DNA from: Candidatus Latescibacterota bacterium
GTDB lineage: Bacteria > Latescibacterota > UBA2968
NCBI GenBank assembly: GCA_965204375.1
Contig: OZ241986.1
Coordinates: 352,001-416,000 of the forward strand
Direction: 5' to 3'
Length of the DNA stretch: 64,000 nucleotides
This document shows positions 48,809 through 58,016 of the stretch, piece by piece; position 1 is the stretch's first letter, and each line of letters begins with the position of its first letter. A program made the position numbers and the translations under genes. A model generated the notes under the pieces. The model made no database searches. It was not told where the DNA came from and worked only from the letters and a program-made list of their open reading frames with translations.

Positions 48809-49894
48809 ATGGCAGATAAATTGAAGGTGGGTATTGTCGGAGTAGGAGGTATTGCGCGGACGCATATTCCGGGTTGGCAGGCTTCGGAACATGCCGAATT
48901 GGTGGCTGGAAGCGATATTAGCGAAGATGTGTTGAAGGATTGGGGTGAACAATACGGGATCAAAAAACTGTATGTAAATCCGGAAGATTTGTTTGCCGAT
49001 CCAGAGATAGATATTGTGGATGTGTGTACACCAAATAATTATCACGCGCCTCTATCTATTGGCGCGCTGGATGCGGGTAAACACGTGATTTGTGAAAAAC
49101 CTCTGGCACCCAGTCCTCAATTGGTGAAAGATATGATTGCTGCGCGCGACTCGTCGGGCAAGTTGTTGATGTGCGCGCAGTCGTCGCGGTTTGCGGGATC
49201 ATCTCTGGCGATGAAGCGGGAATTGGATACCGGGGTGTTGGGAAATGTGTATCACGCGCGGTGCTGGATGTTGCGGCGGTCGGGTGTGCCCGCGCGGCCG
49301 GGTTTTATTATGAAAAAACACAGTGGTGGCGGGCCGTGTATTGATATTGGCGTTCACGTTTTGGATTTGACGCTGTGGTTGATGGGCAATCCCAATCCCG
49401 TAGCTGTAACGGGGGTGGCGAAGGCGGAGTTGGCACATCAGGAGGGTGCTTTCAGTACGATGGGGCGCAGTGGTGGCGCGATTCCCGAAGAGTTTGATGT
49501 GGAGGATTTTGCAGCGGCTTTTGTGCGGTTTGAAAATGGGGCTTCCCTTATTCTGGAGACGAGCTGGATGTTGCATCAAGGTCCCCCGTCAGAACGGCAA
49601 ATATGGCTTTACGGCACAAAGGGTGGGGCACACTTGCCCAGTTGTGAGATTTATTATTCGGATTCCAATACGCAGCAACATCACAAATACGCATTGCAAG
49701 ATACGGGCGATATCGCCAGAGCACACGCGCTGGAATGCATGACGTTTGCCGAGGCGATTACAGAGGGCAAACCGTCGCCAGTGCCGGCTGAACAGTCGCT
49801 ACAGGTGATGGCGATTTTGGATGGGATTTATCGCAGTGAAGAGGAAGGGCAGGAAGTGGATATAGCGCGAGATGCAAAAATAATTAAGAATTAA
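48809..49894 (+). CDS. Gfo/Idh/MocA family oxidoreductase
   Basis: GIVGVGGIA, GKHVICEKP and GGGPCIDIGVH motifs. Confidence 0.93.
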   Translation: MADKLKVGIVGVGGIARTHIPGWQASEHAELVAGSDISEDVLKDWGEQYGIKKLYVNPEDLFADPEIDIVDVCTPNNYHAPLSIGALDAGKHVICEKPLAPSPQLVKDMIAARDSSGKLLMCAQSSRFAGSSLAMKRELDTGVLGNVYHARCWMLRRSGVPARPGFIMKKHSGGGPCIDIGVHVLDLTLWLMGNPNPVAVTGVAKAELAHQEGAFSTMGRSGGAIPEEFDVEDFAAAFVRFENGASLILETSWMLHQGPPSERQIWLYGTKGGAHLPSCEIYYSDSNTQQHHKYALQDTGDIARAHALECMTFAEAITEGKPSPVPAEQSLQVMAILDGIYRSEEEGQEVDIARDAKIIKN

Positions 49895-49952
49895 GAATTG
49901 GCCCCGCCCCGCCTTTCCAATTTTTAATTTCTAATTTTTAATTCCTAATTGA
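49882..49952. repeat. Inverted pair of heptamer arrays between convergent genes
   Basis: AATTAAG AATTAAG AATTGGC, a GC spacer, then CAATTTT TAATTTC TAATTTT TAATTCC TAATTGA. Confidence 0.8.
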
Positions 49953-51266
49953 TTAATAAACTTTATCGTCTTTGTTTTTCTTTTCAAGGGTATTTTCCCA
50001 TCGGCGTTCAGGAGATTGGGGAGCGCGATCGATGAGTTTGTTGGGTTTGCCCATCTGTTTTACCAGATCAAAAGCATCGTAGAGTTCACCCACAACGGTC
50101 ATTGCGCGGTACTGTAAGGTGTCACCTGATACAGTAATGACCTGATAAAGCTGTGTGTTTTCACCACCGCGCGTCATCCAGCGATCTTTTCTGAGTTTGA
50201 GTTGTTTGGGTCCGCTGACCGATACGACGTACACAGTGCCTTTGGTAGTATCGCGCACGGTTACGCCGCTGCCGATGTTATTCCCTCTGGCATACGTATG
50301 GTTATGTCCCTGGAGTACCAGATCGACGGCGTATTTGTCAAAAAGAGGTTTCCAGGCTTCGCGCTGGTCTTTATTTGCGAGGCCCTGTGTTGCGGCATAG
50401 ATGGGATGATGGAATGTGACAAAGGTCCATTTATTGGGGTTGTTTTCGAGTATTTTTTCCAACCAGGGCGCCTGTTCTTTGTGGCGTTCATTGGAATTGA
50501 GTGAGATAATGCGTGCGCCCTGATAGTCTGTGTAATAGGTTGTTTCCACAAAGCCTTCGGGACCATTTTCAGGTAGGGTGAATTGCGGACGCCATAGAAC
50601 AGATGGACGGAGCGTGTCCCCATCTTTATAGTATTCGTTATTCCCCGGCGTAGGAATGCTGGGGATTTTTGCATGGATCCAGTTACCAGATTCAAACCAT
50701 TCATGCCAGTCGCTATCTTTGTTGGGATAATCGACGAGGTCGCCTGCGTGGAGGATAAAGTCGGCGTGGGGTGCGTCGAGCACAGCGGTCCGGATGGTGC
50801 GTGCCCACAGGGACAGCAGGTTGTTTTGTGCATCGCCAAGGTAGATAAAGGTGAATTTATCCGGCTCGGCAGAGGCCGTGCGAAATTGATACCAAGAACT
50901 CCAGATTTTGTCGCTGCCCACGCGGTAGGCATAGAGGGTATTGGGTTTGAGACCCTTGAATGTGACCGAATGGAAGTGGGCGACAAGTCTATTGCGTTTC
51001 CATTTTTCAGTGCGCGCGTTTTCGCTCCTGGCCCATGTGGTAAAATTGGCTGAGGCATTGGCTTCTGCGATCTGTCCTTCGGCCTGTGCGATGCTCGTAT
51101 CTGTGCGCCAGGTGACCGATGCCGTGGTGGCGGGATCTCCCGACCAGGTGAGTACAATGCGGTCGGGGATTTTTTTAGGAGCGCGATCTACGGCAGCACG
51201 GTGATACTCGTTTGCATAAGCCGGGGTTGTGGATAGGAACAGAAGGATGAGGCAAATCGGGCGCAT
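49953..51266 (-). CDS. Secreted purple-acid-phosphatase-like metallophosphoesterase (FN3 + MPP), copy A
   Basis: GDAQ, AGDLV, GNNE (variant), FHHP and GHNH (variant) motifs. Confidence 0.88.
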   Translation of the reverse strand: MRPICLILLFLSTTPAYANEYHRAAVDRAPKKIPDRIVLTWSGDPATTASVTWRTDTSIAQAEGQIAEANASANFTTWARSENARTEKWKRNRLVAHFHSVTFKGLKPNTLYAYRVGSDKIWSSWYQFRTASAEPDKFTFIYLGDAQNNLLSLWARTIRTAVLDAPHADFILHAGDLVDYPNKDSDWHEWFESGNWIHAKIPSIPTPGNNEYYKDGDTLRPSVLWRPQFTLPENGPEGFVETTYYTDYQGARIISLNSNERHKEQAPWLEKILENNPNKWTFVTFHHPIYAATQGLANKDQREAWKPLFDKYAVDLVLQGHNHTYARGNNIGSGVTVRDTTKGTVYVVSVSGPKQLKLRKDRWMTRGGENTQLYQVITVSGDTLQYRAMTVVGELYDAFDLVKQMGKPNKLIDRAPQSPERRWENTLEKKNKDDKVY

Positions 51267-51299
51267 GGGGTTCCCCGGGTGAGAATTTTTAAAAGACCA

Positions 51300-52613
51300 C
51301 TAAAAAACTTTATCGTCTTTGTTTTTCTTTTCAAGGGTATTTTCCCATCGGCGTTCGGGGGATTGAGGCGCGCGATCGATGAGTTTGTTGGGTTTGTCCA
51401 TCTGTTTTACCAGATCAAAGGCATCGTAGAGTTCACCCACAACGGTCATTGCGCGGTAGTGCAAGGTGTCGCCTGATACAGTAATGATCTGATAGAGCTG
51501 TGTGTTTTCCCCACCGCGCGTCATCCAGCGGTCTTTTCTAAGTTTGTATTGCTTGGGACCACTGACCGATACGACATAAACTGTGCCTTTGGTTGTGTCG
51601 CGCACGGTTACGCCGCTGCCGATGTTATTCCCTCTGGCATACGTGTGGTCGTGACCCTGAAGTACCAGATCGACAGCGTATTTGTCAAAGAGAGGTTTCC
51701 ACGCTTCGCGCAGGTCTTTGTTGTCGCGGCCTTCAGACGCCGAATAGACGGGATGATGGAATGTGACAAAGGTCCATTTATTGGGGTTGTTTTTGAGCAC
51801 TTGTTCCAACCAGGGCACCTGTTCTTCACGACCTTCATTGGAATTGAGTGAGATGATGCGTGCGCCCTGATAGTCTATGTAATAGGTCGTTTCCTCAAAG
51901 CCTTTGGGGCCATTTTCTGGCAGGGTGAAATGCGGACGCCATAGAACAGATAGGCGGCGTGTGACCCCATTTTTATAGTATTCGTGATTCCCCGGTGTAG
52001 AAATGCTGGGGATTTTTGCATGGATCCAGTCGCCAGATTCAAACCATTCCTGCCATTCGCTGTCTCTGTTTGCACGATTGACGAGGTCGCCTGCGTGGAG
52101 GATAAAGTCGGCATGGGGTGCGTCGAGCACGGCGGTTCGAATGGTGCGTGCCCAGAGAGCGAGCAAATTATTTTGTGCATCGCCAAAGTAGATGAAGGTG
52201 AATTCATCTGGTTCGGCAGAGGCTGTGCGAAATTGATACCAGGAACTCCAGATGTCACCGCTGCCCACGCGATAGGCGTAGAGGGTGTTGGGTTTGAGGC
52301 CCTTAAATGTGACCGAATGAAAATGGGCAGTATTTTTATTGTGTTCCCATTTTTCAGTGCGCGCTGTTTCGCTTCTGGCCCAGGTGGTAAAATTGGCCGA
52401 GGCATCGGCTTCTGCGATCTGTCCTTCGGCCTGTGCGATGCTCGTGTCGGTGCGCCAGGTGATCGATGCTGTGGTGGTGGGGTCTCCCGACCAGTTAAGT
52501 ATAATACGGTCGGGAATTTGTGAGGGAATGGAATCTACGGCAGCGCGGTAATGCTCGTTTGCATAAGCCGGGGCTGTGAATAGGAGCAGAAGGATGAGAC
52601 AGATCGGACGCAT
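51300..52613 (-). CDS. Secreted purple-acid-phosphatase-like metallophosphoesterase (FN3 + MPP), copy B
   Basis: Canonical GDAQ, AGDLV, GNHE, FHHP and GHDH motifs. Confidence 0.9.
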   Translation of the reverse strand: MRPICLILLLLFTAPAYANEHYRAAVDSIPSQIPDRIILNWSGDPTTTASITWRTDTSIAQAEGQIAEADASANFTTWARSETARTEKWEHNKNTAHFHSVTFKGLKPNTLYAYRVGSGDIWSSWYQFRTASAEPDEFTFIYFGDAQNNLLALWARTIRTAVLDAPHADFILHAGDLVNRANRDSEWQEWFESGDWIHAKIPSISTPGNHEYYKNGVTRRLSVLWRPHFTLPENGPKGFEETTYYIDYQGARIISLNSNEGREEQVPWLEQVLKNNPNKWTFVTFHHPVYSASEGRDNKDLREAWKPLFDKYAVDLVLQGHDHTYARGNNIGSGVTVRDTTKGTVYVVSVSGPKQYKLRKDRWMTRGGENTQLYQIITVSGDTLHYRAMTVVGELYDAFDLVKQMDKPNKLIDRAPQSPERRWENTLEKKNKDDKVF

Positions 52614-52703
52614 GGTGGTCTCCTGGTGTGGATGTGGAATTGATGTTTTGCTTATAAAGATACAATGTGTTCCAAATGAATAAAGACGAAATACAACTTT
52701 TAT

Positions 52704-53453
52704 TTAATCGATTTCAAGGGAGATTTCGTTGTTGAGTTGTTCGCGTTCGGAGCGCGAATCGGTTGTGGCGTAGTGGAGTATGAGTGCTTTGCGCCATGTG
52801 TTTGTGTGGTTTATTTCGCTGTGGTGCAGGGTGCATCCGTGGTGAAAAATGACAGATCCTGCTGGCACGGGACAGGCGACGGATTCGGGGAGAGCGATAT
52901 TTCTCGTATCGGGTATGTGATGCACGGGACGGTCTGGATCATGGGCGATGTCGAAGATGCCGTGTCTGTGTGAGCCGGGCACATAACGCATACAGCCATT
53001 GGTATCTGTGGCCTCGTCTAAGGCAATCCAGGCGGTGACGAGACCGTCGATGGGTTGTACGCGAAAATAGCTCTGGTCCTGGTGCGCTGGTTTGGCCTGA
53101 CCGCCTGGGGGCTTGAGCAGCATCTGGTCACGAAAAACGCGAATACGCGGCCCGATTAAGCCGCGCACGAGTGCGAGTAATTTGGGATGTCTGGCAATGG
53201 GGTGATAGGCGGGATCAAAGCGCACGACAAATGCGAGAACGCGCACACTTTGGTTTTGCGCTTCTGGATTTGATTTGTCTGTTACGGTATTGCCTTCAAG
53301 GCCTATTGAGACGCCCTCAGGTGCGCGATCCGGGTTGGCTACAATCTCGTCGGTGCGATGAATAACGCCAGCGAGTTCTTCTTTTTCAAAGAGGTTTTTT
53401 ACGACGAGGTAGCCGTGGGTGTCGTAAAATGTTTTCATACGGGGTTCAAACAC
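52704..53453 (-). CDS. Phytanoyl-CoA dioxygenase (PhyH) family protein
   Basis: GYLVV, KPP....K.AHQD, WIALD, NGC...VPGSH and FHHG.TLH.S...R motifs. Confidence 0.92.
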   Translation of the reverse strand: MFEPRMKTFYDTHGYLVVKNLFEKEELAGVIHRTDEIVANPDRAPEGVSIGLEGNTVTDKSNPEAQNQSVRVLAFVVRFDPAYHPIARHPKLLALVRGLIGPRIRVFRDQMLLKPPGGQAKPAHQDQSYFRVQPIDGLVTAWIALDEATDTNGCMRYVPGSHRHGIFDIAHDPDRPVHHIPDTRNIALPESVACPVPAGSVIFHHGCTLHHSEINHTNTWRKALILHYATTDSRSEREQLNNEISLEID

Positions 53454-53538
53454 GGTGTTCTCCTTTGACGCGGAAAATACGGTTTTGAACCCAGTATGTC
53501 AAGTGTGTGGGCAGAAGCAGGCTTTCACCTCTGCGTCT

Positions 53539-55920
53539 TTACTCATACCGCAATGCATCCACGGGATTTGCTCGCGCAGCTTTGATGGCTTGATAGCTTA
53601 CGGTCAGAAGCGCGATGAGTAAGGCGATGAGGCCGCTCAGGATAAATGTGCTGATGTCCAGGTTGATGCGGTAAGCGAAGCTCTGGAGCCACTGATTCAT
53701 TGCGTAGTATGCGACAGGCCAGGCGATGAGATTGGCGATGAGGACGAGTTTGAGAAAATTTTTAGAGAGCAGGCATACAATGTTCGGGATAGAGGCTCCG
53801 AGGATTTTGCGAATGCCGATTTCCTTGGTGCGCTGTTGGGTAGTAAACGCAGCCAGACCAAAGAGTCCGAGGCAGGCGATGAGGATGGCGAGGCCGGAAA
53901 AGATTTGGAAGACGTGGGACATTTGTTGTTCCCGGTTGTAGAGCCTGGCGTAATCCTGGTCTAAGAATGTGTAGTTGAAGGGCTGATTTGGAGCGAATTT
54001 TTTCCAGGTTTCTTCAACCGCAGATATAGCTTCTGCGACATTGCCGAGGTGGAGACGAATGGCAATATACATTGGAAACCGGTGCAGATAGGGCAATACG
54101 AGCGGTTTAATTTCCTGTTTGAGTGAGCCGATGTGGAAATCGGATACGACACCGATTATTGTTCCTTCGATTCCGCTGGCTCTTTTGATTTTTTTGCCGA
54201 GTGCGGTTTGCCACCCCAGTGCTTTGACTGCAGATTGGTTGACGAGAAATGCAGAGACATCTGTTGCATGTTCTGTGGGGGCAAAGTTGCGGCCTTCTAC
54301 AATTTCTATATTCAGGGCTTCGACGTATTTTTCATCTACCAATGTGTATGTGAGGGATGTTTTTTCATAATTTGCCGGTTGTTCGGGTATGAAGATCATG
54401 GAATCAAAATCACGCCCTGGTACGCCTGTATTGAGTGAGGCAGTAGCTACTTGCGGCAGTGTTTCAAATTGGTTTCTGAATGTCATGGCTTGTCTGGGAG
54501 AGGTCAGGGTACGCGGTATCCCCTGGAGAACGAGGACGTGTTCTTTGTCAAATCCGAGGTGTTTATTTTGTGCGAAATGAAGCTGGTTGCGGACGACGAA
54601 GGTGCCGGCCAATAGACTGATGGAAATGCAAAACTGTGCGATGACCAGCCCATTGCGAAGATAGGCTTTGCCCGATGATATATATCCTTTGAGCGCTGTA
54701 ACAGGCCAGAATGAGGAGAGGTAAAGTGCCGGATACATGCCGGATAGGAGGCTGACGACGATGATGAGGGCAAATAATCCGATGAGCACGTGGGGCGCGA
54801 TCAGACTGCCCATTGTGAGGTGTTTGTTGGCAAGACTATTGAGGAGTGGCAGTCCCAATTCGCACATACCAATTGCGAGAAGACTCGAAAGGACGACGCA
54901 GATGGTGGATTCTGAGAAGAATTGGCGAATGAGTTGCGAGCGGTGAGAGCCGAGGACTTTTCGCACGCCGACTTCTCGGGCGCGGGTTGATGAACGCGCT
55001 GTGGAGAGGTTGACGAAGTTGATGCAGGCGAGTAGCAGGACAAAAATGGCGATGAGTGAAAAGATATAGACATATATGATGTTGCTATTTGCAGTGATTT
55101 CATATCTGAGGTTCGAATGTAAATGGATGTCTGTGAGGGGTTGTATGAGATAGTTAGTGTGGTAGCCGGGCATGGGAGGCATTTTGCTCAAGATGTGTTC
55201 GCGAACATAAGTTGTAAATTTGGTTTGCAATTCAGAGGCAGATGCCCCGTCTTTTAACACGAGGTACGTATAAACAGTGGCCGATCCCCAGGATGATTTT
55301 CTGCGCTCGATAATGGGGAGTGTTTTGAGGGGGGCGAGAAAGTCGAAGTGAAAGTGGGACTGGGGTGGAAATTCTTTGACCACGCCCGTGACTTGAAGCG
55401 ATTTGCCATCGTTGAGTTCAAGGGTTTGTCCCATTGGATCGCGATTGGGAAAGTAACGCTGCGCGCTTTGTGCGGTGAGGATGACGGCGTTGGGCGAATT
55501 GAGTGCTGTTGTGGGATCTCCCGCGATGAAGGGGACGGTAAAGACATCGAAAAAGCTGCTTTCTGTGTAGTAGAAATTTTTCTCGATGACATAATTCGAT
55601 TCTCGGCGGATAGTTTGATTTTCTCGTCTCAATCGCGTGCTGTGGACTACTTCTGGAAATTTTTCTTTCAGTGTTTCAGATATGGGAACTTCAACATAGG
55701 GAATGGTCCATTCGTTGTCGCCGTATCGGGCGTTCCACAAAACGCGATGAATCCGGTCGGCATTTTTGTGAAATCGATCGTAGCTCAGTTCGTCCTGTAC
55801 AAAGAGCATGATCAACATGCAGCACGCTATACCAACGGCGAGTCCAGAGATGTTGACAAAAGAATAGACTTTGTGACGCAAGAGTGTGCGGATGGCGACG
55901 GTGATGTGGTTTTTGAACAT
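53539..55920 (-). CDS. ABC transporter permease (MacB/FtsX-like, duplicated)
   Basis: MFKNH...A.R.L, LACINFVNLSTAR...RAREVGVRK, LGFDKE, RTKEIGIRK.LGA and AARANPVDALRYE motifs; RBS AGGAGG before ATG 55920. Confidence 0.92.
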   Translation of the reverse strand: MFKNHITVAIRTLLRHKVYSFVNISGLAVGIACCMLIMLFVQDELSYDRFHKNADRIHRVLWNARYGDNEWTIPYVEVPISETLKEKFPEVVHSTRLRRENQTIRRESNYVIEKNFYYTESSFFDVFTVPFIAGDPTTALNSPNAVILTAQSAQRYFPNRDPMGQTLELNDGKSLQVTGVVKEFPPQSHFHFDFLAPLKTLPIIERRKSSWGSATVYTYLVLKDGASASELQTKFTTYVREHILSKMPPMPGYHTNYLIQPLTDIHLHSNLRYEITANSNIIYVYIFSLIAIFVLLLACINFVNLSTARSSTRAREVGVRKVLGSHRSQLIRQFFSESTICVVLSSLLAIGMCELGLPLLNSLANKHLTMGSLIAPHVLIGLFALIIVVSLLSGMYPALYLSSFWPVTALKGYISSGKAYLRNGLVIAQFCISISLLAGTFVVRNQLHFAQNKHLGFDKEHVLVLQGIPRTLTSPRQAMTFRNQFETLPQVATASLNTGVPGRDFDSMIFIPEQPANYEKTSLTYTLVDEKYVEALNIEIVEGRNFAPTEHATDVSAFLVNQSAVKALGWQTALGKKIKRASGIEGTIIGVVSDFHIGSLKQEIKPLVLPYLHRFPMYIAIRLHLGNVAEAISAVEETWKKFAPNQPFNYTFLDQDYARLYNREQQMSHVFQIFSGLAILIACLGLFGLAAFTTQQRTKEIGIRKILGASIPNIVCLLSKNFLKLVLIANLIAWPVAYYAMNQWLQSFAYRINLDISTFILSGLIALLIALLTVSYQAIKAARANPVDALRYE

Positions 55921-55969
55921 GTCTCCTCCTGTTGAAATATACGATAGACGATCAAGTGGTATTTTTAGA

Positions 55970-55986
55970 AGCAATAACCGTGCCAA
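55970..55986 (-). promoter_or_regulatory. Sigma54 (-24/-12) promoter for the ABC permease
   Basis: The minus strand reads TTGGCACGGTTATTGCT, matching TGGCACG-N4-TTGC(W). Confidence 0.85.
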
Positions 55987-56048
55987 AAACTATTTGTGTA
56001 TATTTTTCAACAGGTTAAGTAAAAATAGGGATTTGATAGCCGCATGCA

Positions 56049-56089
56049 AGTGTCCGATAATGATACAGTAGTGTCCGTTTTCGGACACT
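56049..56089. promoter_or_regulatory. Tandem palindromic upstream activator sites (bacterial enhancer-binding protein)
   Basis: AGTGTCCG-TTTT-CGGACACT (56070-56089) and a degenerate copy AGTGTCCG-ATAA-TGATACAG 21 bp away. Confidence 0.7.
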
Positions 56090-56189
56090 TGACACACAAA
56101 TAATCTATGCCTTGAAACTGAACTATTTTGGAGGATAGTTCCAAAATGGTACACTATTCTCGAGGTTTAAGAATCGGTTTGTCCAACCG

Positions 56190-57542
56190 TTAGATACGCG
56201 GTGGGCGCAGGCTTCCCAGTTGAAATTTGCGGGGATCGCCGAGGCGTTTGTCCAGGGTTTCGGGTGTCCAGTTGGTGTGGGTGAGTGCCCAGTCGATTTC
56301 GCTGGCGAGCGGGCTGTCGAAGATGCCGGGGTCGTCTGCGCCGATGACGAGATTGACGTTTGATTTGAGGAATGTGTGGATGGGGTGATGAGCGGGATCG
56401 GGCACGCCGCCTATGCGGAGATTGGAGGTGGGGCACGTTTCGATGACTGTGCCGAGTTGGGTGAGGCGGTTGAGAACAAATTGCTGTCGGTTGCGGATTT
56501 CTTCGAGGCGTTGGGGATTGTAAGGGCGCTCGACTATTTCGTCGGGCGCTCGATTTTTCAGGATTTGTCGTTCGGTTTGGAGTGCGCTGGCGTTCACTTC
56601 GATATCGTAAGCCGAAAGCTCTGAGGCGTGGGTGAGATCGTAAGCGATCTGGTCGAGGCGTTCGCTGACCCGTTCTCCCACATGTGCATCGGGACGACGC
56701 GCAATCGCGACTGCCGGATCGAGGCCGAGTGCTATGGCATGGCCCAATCGTCTGGCGCCCATTTCGGCGACTTCGTGACACCAGCGTATCGCGCTTTCGA
56801 GGGATTTGTCAAAATAGCTTTCGCCTACGTGATAGGTGATTTCGAGGGCGCGTTCGGGGTGTTGTTGGTTATCTTTGTGCAGGCGTTGGAAGAGTTCACG
56901 GTTGTCTTTGGGGGGATAACCTTCTTCGATGTCGGCAAAGTCAATGCCGACGATGGTGGGTATGAGTTCGGGGTTTTCGTCCAGGAGTTCTTGCACCCAT
57001 TCGTAGTCTTGTTGTGCGGTCTGGCGGTGCAGGGTGATGATGTAGCGCGCGGTTGTGTCGTTTTGCGATGCGTTTGAGAGGATTTGGGCATTTGTGCGGT
57101 GAAAGTCGATGAATCCCTCTCGAGTTTCCCCACCGCCGCTGGTACGGTATTCGATAAAGGTGATACCTTCTTTGCGATGTCGGTCATGTGCTTTGAAAAA
57201 CGCCTTGATCAGGAGTTCTTGGCTTTTGGGCGGGTGTCTCAAAAGGCTGCTGATGAGGTTGAATTTGGCTTTAAACCGGCCAAAGTCGCCCCCGTCTTTT
57301 TCGGTGTAGATGTAGTGTTCTTTAAATTTGGCAAGTCCTGTGGTTGGATTGGATATGGCATCGCGATAGAGCGCGATGGGATCCGGGCGAATACCATAAG
57401 CTTCTTCATAGGCGTCTGTAAAAAGCGTCCAGTCAATGTCTTCGTAAAGGTCTTTGCCGAGTTCTATGAGGTCTTCGGCGGTCAAGCATCCGCCAGGGTG
57501 GACGTGGAGTTCACAGGTTTTGGCTAAGTGGAGTGGGGACAT
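56190..57542 (-). CDS. Adenosine deaminase-like amidohydrolase with internal insertion
   Basis: ELHVH.GG, HVGE, RLGHA, IETCPTSN and ADDPGIF motifs. Confidence 0.85.
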   Translation of the reverse strand: MSPLHLAKTCELHVHPGGCLTAEDLIELGKDLYEDIDWTLFTDAYEEAYGIRPDPIALYRDAISNPTTGLAKFKEHYIYTEKDGGDFGRFKAKFNLISSLLRHPPKSQELLIKAFFKAHDRHRKEGITFIEYRTSGGGETREGFIDFHRTNAQILSNASQNDTTARYIITLHRQTAQQDYEWVQELLDENPELIPTIVGIDFADIEEGYPPKDNRELFQRLHKDNQQHPERALEITYHVGESYFDKSLESAIRWCHEVAEMGARRLGHAIALGLDPAVAIARRPDAHVGERVSERLDQIAYDLTHASELSAYDIEVNASALQTERQILKNRAPDEIVERPYNPQRLEEIRNRQQFVLNRLTQLGTVIETCPTSNLRIGGVPDPAHHPIHTFLKSNVNLVIGADDPGIFDSPLASEIDWALTHTNWTPETLDKRLGDPRKFQLGSLRPPRI

Positions 57543-57678
57543 AGGGTATTCCTCTGAGATTTTGTCGGGCCGAGTTCTTATACATAAAAAAGTTAAGAGA
57601 ATTCACAGAGTGAGACAATAAGGAAAGATGTACCTATTTTCAGATTGAAAAATGTCTTAAATGAAGGCAATTCACCAC

Positions 57679-57707
57679 TTGACGCGGCTTGTTATTTGTG
57701 ATATTTT
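57679..57707 (+). promoter_or_regulatory. Putative sigma70 promoter
   Basis: TTGACG-N17-TATTTT with an extended TG. Confidence 0.5.
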
Positions 57708-57729
57708 ATGAAGTGAGGTAATCGCGCAA

Positions 57730-57972
57730 ATGGAGGCTTACATGACCCTACAGTTGTTGATTTTTATCGCTGCAATGATTTATCTGTGTTGGGTATCCGT
57801 TCGGTATTGGAAACGTCGCAATCGCAAAGATGGTCCGCTTATTGAAGTGGTTGAAAATAAGCCGGTGAGTAAGCCGTATAGACAGAGACGTGTGCAAAAG
57901 AAAAAAGAGTCCGATGCCGACCGCGAGTGGCGCAAGCGCGTGCAGGACGAAATTGAAGATATGACAAAATAA
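57730..57972 (+). CDS. Small single-pass membrane protein, hypothetical
   Basis: N-terminal TM helix and basic tail, with its own promoter, RBS and terminator. Confidence 0.7.
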   Translation: MEAYMTLQLLIFIAAMIYLCWVSVRYWKRRNRKDGPLIEVVENKPVSKPYRQRRVQKKKESDADREWRKRVQDEIEDMTK

Positions 57973-58016
57973 AGTCGCGGGTCGAAAATCATTTATTTTC
58001 AGCGTTTAGGTATAAC

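Noticed and set aside
49953-52613. Diversity-generating retroelement (TR/VR) explanation for the near-identical paralog pairs, including the dapA copies
   Set aside because: Differences are not adenine-specific, span whole genes, and no reverse transcriptase is in the window
55921-55986. N-terminal extension of the ABC permease given in the ORF track (likewise extensions for lepA, lepB, yicC, cinA, tesA and udg)
   Set aside because: It overlaps the sigma54 promoter. Downstream ATGs with good RBS match the family N-termini.
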